DNA from: Candidatus Marsarchaeota archaeon
GTDB lineage: Archaea; Micrarchaeota; Micrarchaeia; Micrarchaeales; Micrarchaeaceae
DNA length: 36,968 nucleotides
Direction of reading: 5' to 3'
Assembly: GCA_023474155.1 (NCBI GenBank)
Contig: JAMCYJ010000023.1
Location: forward strand, 1-36,968
Position 1 is the stretch's first letter. Each line of letters begins with the position of its first letter. The translations under genes were made by a program, and so were the position numbers. Below are positions 32,748 through 36,968 of the stretch, piece by piece. The notes beneath the pieces were generated by a model. The model was given only the letters and a program-made list of their open reading frames with translations. It was not told the origin of the DNA and did not search any database.

Positions 32748-33911
32748 TTATTTTGCCGCAGAAACTATTTTTATAATATCTCTGTCTTTGAGCGTATAGG
32801 TTTTTGAAATTTTTATCTTTGTCCTGGCATTTATCGCGTATAGCATTCTGTTCGCCAATTCAGTATGTATCTTGGCCGCAAGATCCTGCGCAGTAGCCCC
32901 GTCGTTTATCAGGATTGCATCAGGCAGCACATTGCCAAAATGGTCTGTAAACTTGTTTTCGTCCTCTACAGGATATACGACAATGTTATTCAGTATCCTG
33001 AATGCGAGGTCATTGATTAGTTTCTGTACATTAGACTTTTTGGAATCTAAAAATGATTTCATCATGTTTAGCGCGTCATTCTGCTCTTTGGATATGCCGC
33101 TATTTACAATGTCGAACGAGTTTCCGCTGTATGTGATTATGCCCTGCCTTTCAGCCTTTCTGAGCGCAAGCTCTATAGCTGCAGAGCACTCAAAAACATT
33201 CGCCTCCCCAAATTCCTCTTTCAGCTCATTTATGTTCTTTTCAATATTCGCATTTTTAACATCGCATTTATTCGCAGCTATGACTATCGGCTTGGAAATT
33301 TTCAGAATAGTCCCTGCAAACTTGTATGCTTCCTCATTGCTCCAGTCAAATTTCCGCGACAGCGAATTTGATTCTATTACGTTGTTCGCAGCATCTTTTG
33401 GTATGCCAAAGCCCGCAATAAGTTCATAGAATGCATCGGAGTTGCCTTTATACGATTTTTTGTGTTTTATTATTATATCTCCTAACCATTTTACAACCTC
33501 GTTTACTATAATACGGGCGTCCTTTGCAGGGCTGTAGTTTTTATCTGTGAAATTGCCATCTGAATCTGTTTTGCCGCTGGCATCCACGACAAGTATGAAT
33601 CCATCGCAGTTTATAAGATCGTTGAGAAACTGGTTTCCCATACCCTTTCCTTCATTAGCACCCTCTACAAGGCCAGCAACATCTATAACGTTTATCGGAA
33701 TATAGCGTATTCCGTTTTTGCATAGCGAGTTTCTTGCATTGCATTTGATGCCGATCTCCCTTTCAGCGCATTCCTCCGTGACATATGCCACTCCTTTGTT
33801 CGGGTCTATTGTCGTGAAAGGGTAATTCGCAATTTTTACCTCATTCAGCGTCAATGCTGAAAACAGGCTGCTTTTGCCTTTATTCGGTGCGCCTATAATT
33901 CCAATTAGCAC
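32748..33911 (-). CDS. ychF: Obg-like ATPase/GTPase of the YchF/OLA1 type with C-terminal TGS domain
   Basis: P-loop GIIGAPNKGKSSLFSALT, ANYPFTTIDPNKGV, DVAGLVEGA, and a TGS-like end. GTG 33911 is preferred over the ORF-track TTG at 33947. Confidence 0.88.
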   Translation of the reverse strand: MLIGIIGAPNKGKSSLFSALTLNEVKIANYPFTTIDPNKGVAYVTEECAEREIGIKCNARNSLCKNGIRYIPINVIDVAGLVEGANEGKGMGNQFLNDLINCDGFILVVDASGKTDSDGNFTDKNYSPAKDARIIVNEVVKWLGDIIIKHKKSYKGNSDAFYELIAGFGIPKDAANNVIESNSLSRKFDWSNEEAYKFAGTILKISKPIVIAANKCDVKNANIEKNINELKEEFGEANVFECSAAIELALRKAERQGIITYSGNSFDIVNSGISKEQNDALNMMKSFLDSKKSNVQKLINDLAFRILNNIVVYPVEDENKFTDHFGNVLPDAILINDGATAQDLAAKIHTELANRMLYAINARTKIKISKTYTLKDRDIIKIVSAAK

Positions 33912-34013
33912 ATAATCACAAATTATAAAATTAATAAAATTATACAAGTATAAAAAGGAAATAATTAAATTATAATAACTCAGAAAACAATATAAAAACC
34001 ATTAATAAAATAA

Positions 34014-34100
34014 GCAGAGGTGGCAGAGCCTGGTCAAATGCGATGGGTTCAGGGCCCATTTCCTTTAGTGGATGCGTGAGTTCGAATCTCATCCTCTGCA
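34014..34100 (+). tRNA. tRNA-Leu (anticodon CAG), class II with long variable arm
   Basis: Acceptor GCAGAGG/CCTCTGC. D stem GCAG/ATGC with G13.A22. Anticodon stem ATGGG/CCCAT with loop TTCAGGG. Long variable arm. T arm GTGAG-TTCGAAT-CTCAT. Followed by ttttt. Confidence 0.9.
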
Positions 34101-34200
34101 TTTTTCTTTATTTTTATCCTTTTTCTGTCTTATTTTGCAAAGCAGACGCCTTCATGCATTGCCTATCCGAATTAACCCTGCAAATTTATCTAATTAGAAT

Positions 34201-34272
34201 CGCCCTGACCGGGATTCGAACCCGGGTCGCAACCGTGACAGGGTCGTATGCTAACCACTACACTATCAGGAC
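34201..34272 (-). tRNA. tRNA-Asp (anticodon GTC)
   Basis: The reverse complement folds as follows. Acceptor GTCCTGA/TCAGGGC (one G.U). Anticodon stem CGACC/GGTTG with loop CTGTCAC. T arm CCGGG-TTCGAAT-CCCGG. Confidence 0.88.
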
Positions 34273-34370
34273 AGCCGAAAATGAATTCTATTATTTAGAC
34301 ATTAAATATTTATCCCTCAATATTATTAAATATTAATATTTAATGCAGCCTTTATCTTTAACTATGTATA

Positions 34371-34386
34371 CCGCCCACGAGGGCGG
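34371..34386 (-). terminator. GC hairpin ccgccc-acga-gggcgg downstream of the 34420-35574 gene
   Basis: Perfect 6-bp GC stem in an otherwise AT-rich spacer, 34 nt past the stop codon of the minus-strand gene. A terminator or stability role is inferred only. Confidence 0.3.
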
Positions 34387-34419
34387 GGTAGTTCAGTCCT
34401 GAAAATATTTTTCAAGGCA

Positions 34420-35574
34420 TTATAAGAGTATAAGAGGAATCTCCATCTCCTCCTTGTTAAGTCCTCCATGATGCCCAAGAATATTTATTTTATTTTTTGG
34501 CTCTGAAAATGAAAAGAACATACCTCCATCACTGCGTTTTGGTATTGCAATATGCGTGCCAAATCTATTTCTGATACTGTCCTGCACACTGCTTTTGCCG
34601 AAAAGTCCTTGTTTTATTGCTTCGTCTGATTTTATAAGGAGATAGTCTGCATATTTTTTCTCAAAAAGTGCCTCAAACTTCTCAAACATGCCCGGCATGA
34701 TGCTCATGAACATTGCGCGCGATCCCCATGGCGGCATCGATGCGTACCTCATTAGATTAGAATTTGGTTTTACCCATAAGATATTCTTTTTTGAGAGCGA
34801 AACTTGGCCGTGATCCGCTGTTATTACTACTAAATAGCCCAGCTTTTCAGCTTCAGCAATAACGCCCTGAAGATCCCTTAGCGCAAGCCTTGTCAATTCA
34901 AGCGTTTCATACGAATTCGCATATACATGCTGGGTATGGTCTACAATATCAGTATAAGCATAAATAAATTCAGACTTATTCCGCATTAATTTTTTTATCT
35001 GTATTATCATATCCTGTAATGAAATGAATGCCTTGCTGTTTATTTTATTTACAACTGTTGTATTTTGATTCTTTTTCCAGACTGCCTCAGGCGTGACTAT
35101 AAAGAACTTTTTATAGTTCTTAGATAGCTTATAAATATTGTTCGGAGCCGGAAACAATTCTGAAAATGCGCCTTTCTTTTTGATATCAGACTCCTTCGGC
35201 CACCAAGGGGTATCGAATACATTAACATAAGTGCCCCTTTCCTTAACAGGAATCCTACCAGATATTATGCCATGTTCTGCAATGCTGACCCCGCTTTCTA
35301 GGCTGGCTATGACGCAGGGAGTAAAAGACGGGAAAATAGAGCTTATCTTCCTTATTTCCGCATCCCTGAGCATGCCCTGTATAATCCTATCTGAATCTGC
35401 TATCTTGTTCAGGAGCTTAAAGCCCAAAGCATCGATCAAAATAAACAGGATTTTGTCTTTTTTTGAAAATATCCCCTTTTTGTTTGCCATTTCATTGACT
35501 AAGCTCAGATTGCTGTTTTTGTAATCCGGAAAAGCCAAGCCACTATCTTCTATTTCTTTTTTTAATGAATTCAT
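34420..35574 (-). CDS. Alkaline-phosphatase-superfamily protein (second, divergent phosphodiesterase/pyrophosphatase-like paralog)
   Basis: 384 aa with LFILIDALG, FPSFTPCVIASLESGVSIAEHGI and VVITADHGQ. Confidence 0.78.
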   Translation of the reverse strand: MNSLKKEIEDSGLAFPDYKNSNLSLVNEMANKKGIFSKKDKILFILIDALGFKLLNKIADSDRIIQGMLRDAEIRKISSIFPSFTPCVIASLESGVSIAEHGIISGRIPVKERGTYVNVFDTPWWPKESDIKKKGAFSELFPAPNNIYKLSKNYKKFFIVTPEAVWKKNQNTTVVNKINSKAFISLQDMIIQIKKLMRNKSEFIYAYTDIVDHTQHVYANSYETLELTRLALRDLQGVIAEAEKLGYLVVITADHGQVSLSKKNILWVKPNSNLMRYASMPPWGSRAMFMSIMPGMFEKFEALFEKKYADYLLIKSDEAIKQGLFGKSSVQDSIRNRFGTHIAIPKRSDGGMFFSFSEPKNKINILGHHGGLNKEEMEIPLILL

Positions 35575-35916
35575 TTCAGCACTTTATCTACTGTATATTT
35601 TGCTTAAGCATTATAAAATTAGACTTAGTATTTACTACAAGGAAAAAATAAATAATATCTCTTTATTGATTATATAAGATAAGGTTAATGCTATGTTTGT
35701 TTAAACTAAAAGTATTGAGCAATTCATGCATTCCTTCTGTAGATAAGAAAAATAGAGGAAATACCAAAGGGCGCAGCGCAAGCGATCACTTAAATTTAAT
35801 CGGAAAAGACTTAAAAACGTTTCTTAAAATTACATTTACATTGCTTTGCAAAGAAAAAGACTCATACCCATTCCATTTTATGGCAAATTATTTAAATTTA
35901 TAGCTGCAAATAATAA

Positions 35917-36032
35917 TGTCAAACGGTAATAGAGATAAGGAAACGCCCGATCCCATTCCGAACTCGGAAGCTAAGCTTATTTTCGATACGTGTGTACTGC
36001 TTTAGAGCGGGAAATCGTGTTGCTGTTTGGCA
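35917..36032 (+). rRNA. rrf: 5S ribosomal RNA (stand-alone)
   Basis: The core cccgatcccattccgaactcggaagctaag matches the universal 5S loop B / helix III region. The terminal helix tgtcaaacgg/ctgtttggca has 10 bp with 2 G.U. About 116 nt. Confidence 0.88.
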
Positions 36033-36087
36033 TTATATTTAATCTCATTCTATTCATTTTAGCGCAGTGCTTGAAATTAGGAGTAAT

Positions 36088-36837
36088 ATGATAAATATCA
36101 AAATAAATGAGGGTTTTGTTAAAACACCTTATGGGAAAATATATTTTAAGCTCAAACCTGCGCAGAATGCAGTGCAGGATGCAAGATATAAGCTTCTATT
36201 GATTCATGGACTTGGGGGAACCTCGAATACGTTTAAAAAACTTATCAATGAACTGCCTGATGATATGGAAGTATGTGCGCTTGACCTGCTAGGACACGGG
36301 AAATCAGATAAGCCAAATATAAAGTATAGCATTGGCCTGCAGGCTGAAATTCTGCACTATTTCCTCACAGCACTGAAATATTCTAACTTTTATATTTATG
36401 GCCATTCCTATGGGGCACATGTCGCAATGAGATATGCCCTTTACTATGGTACAAAAAAAGCGAATGGATTTATAATCGAAGATTCGCCGATATTAAAAAC
36501 CTATTTCAGGAACCTGTCAAAAAACAAGAAACTTATAAATAAGATAGTGAAAACTGCATTAACTTCAAAGTCAAGCAAAAAGCAGATAGTGCTCAACAGC
36601 CTTGATGACATAATAGAAGACGGGCTGGCGGACATCTTTTTTATAGACAAGCCTATCCTTATAATATGGGGAGAAAAGGATGAAATAACAAAGATAGAGT
36701 TTGCATATAAACTTAGGACCAAATCTAAAAATGTGCTGTTCCGAGTAATAAAGAATGCGCATCATATTCCGCACTATTCCAACCCTATGGAATTGAGTGA
36801 CCTGCTTTTAAAGTTTATAGGGTACAATCATAATTAA
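36088..36837 (+). CDS. Alpha/beta-fold hydrolase
   Basis: LIHGLGG oxyanion region, nucleophile elbow GHSYGA, and a C-terminal His (NAHHIPH). The ATG at 36088 is preceded by taggag. The ORF-track GTG at 36067 is rejected as the start. Confidence 0.85.
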   Translation: MINIKINEGFVKTPYGKIYFKLKPAQNAVQDARYKLLLIHGLGGTSNTFKKLINELPDDMEVCALDLLGHGKSDKPNIKYSIGLQAEILHYFLTALKYSNFYIYGHSYGAHVAMRYALYYGTKKANGFIIEDSPILKTYFRNLSKNKKLINKIVKTALTSKSSKKQIVLNSLDDIIEDGLADIFFIDKPILIIWGEKDEITKIEFAYKLRTKSKNVLFRVIKNAHHIPHYSNPMELSDLLLKFIGYNHN

Positions 36838-36846
36838 GAGAATTTT

Positions 36847-36968
36847 ATGCTAGCATGCTTATTCAGCGGTGGAAAGGATTCGACGCTTGCCTTGCATAAA
36901 GTATATGAAACAGGTAAGAAAACAGATTTACTTATAACTATGAAGCCTAAGAATGATTTCAGTTACAT
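36847..36968 (+). CDS. PP-loop ATPase of the Dph6 / MJ0570 family (diphthine-ammonia ligase-like), N-terminal partial
   Basis: MLACLFSGGKDSTLALHKVYETGKKTDLLITM... contains the SGGKDS PP-loop in the family-typical position. The ORF runs off the window end. Confidence 0.7.
   Translation, partial: MLACLFSGGKDSTLALHKVYETGKKTDLLITMKPKNDFSY

Noticed and set aside
34043-34336. A 97-aa plus-strand ORF spanning the tRNA-Leu / tRNA-Asp region
   Set aside because: It reads straight through two well-folded tRNA genes and the AT-rich spacer between them, so it is an artefact.
34325-34344. A perfect 20-bp AT-only palindrome, attaaatattaatatttaat, upstream of tRNA-Asp. A similar 11-bp AT inverted repeat lies at about 11664-11694, downstream of tRNA-Glu.
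   Set aside because: AT-only palindromes arise readily in AT-rich spacers and overlap expected TATA-box territory. Nothing distinguishes them from promoter-region background.
35688-35903. A 71-aa ORF immediately upstream of the 5S rRNA gene
   Set aside because: It is AT-rich, has no motif and no convincing start context, and occupies what is most likely the 5S promoter or leader spacer. It may deserve an RNA-seq look, but nothing in the sequence supports it.

Overview
The window is a densely coded, mostly housekeeping stretch of an archaeal chromosome. Archaeal markers are FtsZ with ScpA/ScpB, class I HMG-CoA reductase, a DRG GTPase, a Dph6-type PP-loop protein, archaeal-style tRNAs and a stand-alone 5S rRNA. 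A plasma-membrane-type H+ P-type ATPase and the small, compact gene set fit a small acidophile or DPANN-like genome, but that is only an impression. I could not run homology searches. All protein calls rest on motifs I recognise in the supplied translations, and all RNA calls rest on hand folding.

Recognisable content, left to right:
- Redox, isoprenoid and central metabolism: trxB, a MEMO-family protein, a YHS-domain protein, polyprenyl diphosphate synthase, a two-subunit 2-oxoacid:ferredoxin oxidoreductase (OFOR) with a broken alpha gene, a HAD phosphatase, OFOR beta, HMG-CoA reductase, a NUDIX hydrolase, and an aspartase/fumarase-family lyase.
- tRNA-Glu, surface glycoprotein-like genes, an M1 aminopeptidase, scpA-scpB-ftsZ, and an H+-ATPase.
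- tRNA-Pro next to a decayed IS630-like transposase stub and a cytochrome bd subunit I stub.
- NAD kinase, apt, class II RNR, a DJ-1/PfpI-like protein, DRG, a short Ogt, two alkaline-phosphatase-superfamily paralogs, YchF, tRNA-Leu, tRNA-Asp, 5S rRNA, an alpha/beta hydrolase, and a partial Dph6.

I found no CRISPR array, no intact mobile element and no recognisable defence or secretion system. The items most worth a second look are:
1. A perfect 53-bp tandem duplication that frameshifts the fused gamma-alpha OFOR gene at its domain junction.
2. A perfect 40-bp x ~3.8 tandem array of hairpin units between nrdJ and apt, whose terminal copy includes the nrdJ stop codon.
3. The tRNA-Pro / IS630 stub / cydA stub decay scar.
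4. A self-contained 21-codon poly-lysine micro-ORF with promoter-like and terminator-like flanks.
5. A 1.2-kb HAD plus A-tract insert that separates OFOR alpha from beta.
6. Strong GC mosaicism, with hand-counted 60-nt lines ranging from about 22% to 62% GC.

Several independent perfect or near-perfect tandem duplications (53 bp, 40 bp, 19 nt, and a degenerate ~75 bp) point either to slippage-prone replication or to assembly artefacts. Read-level data are needed to separate the two.
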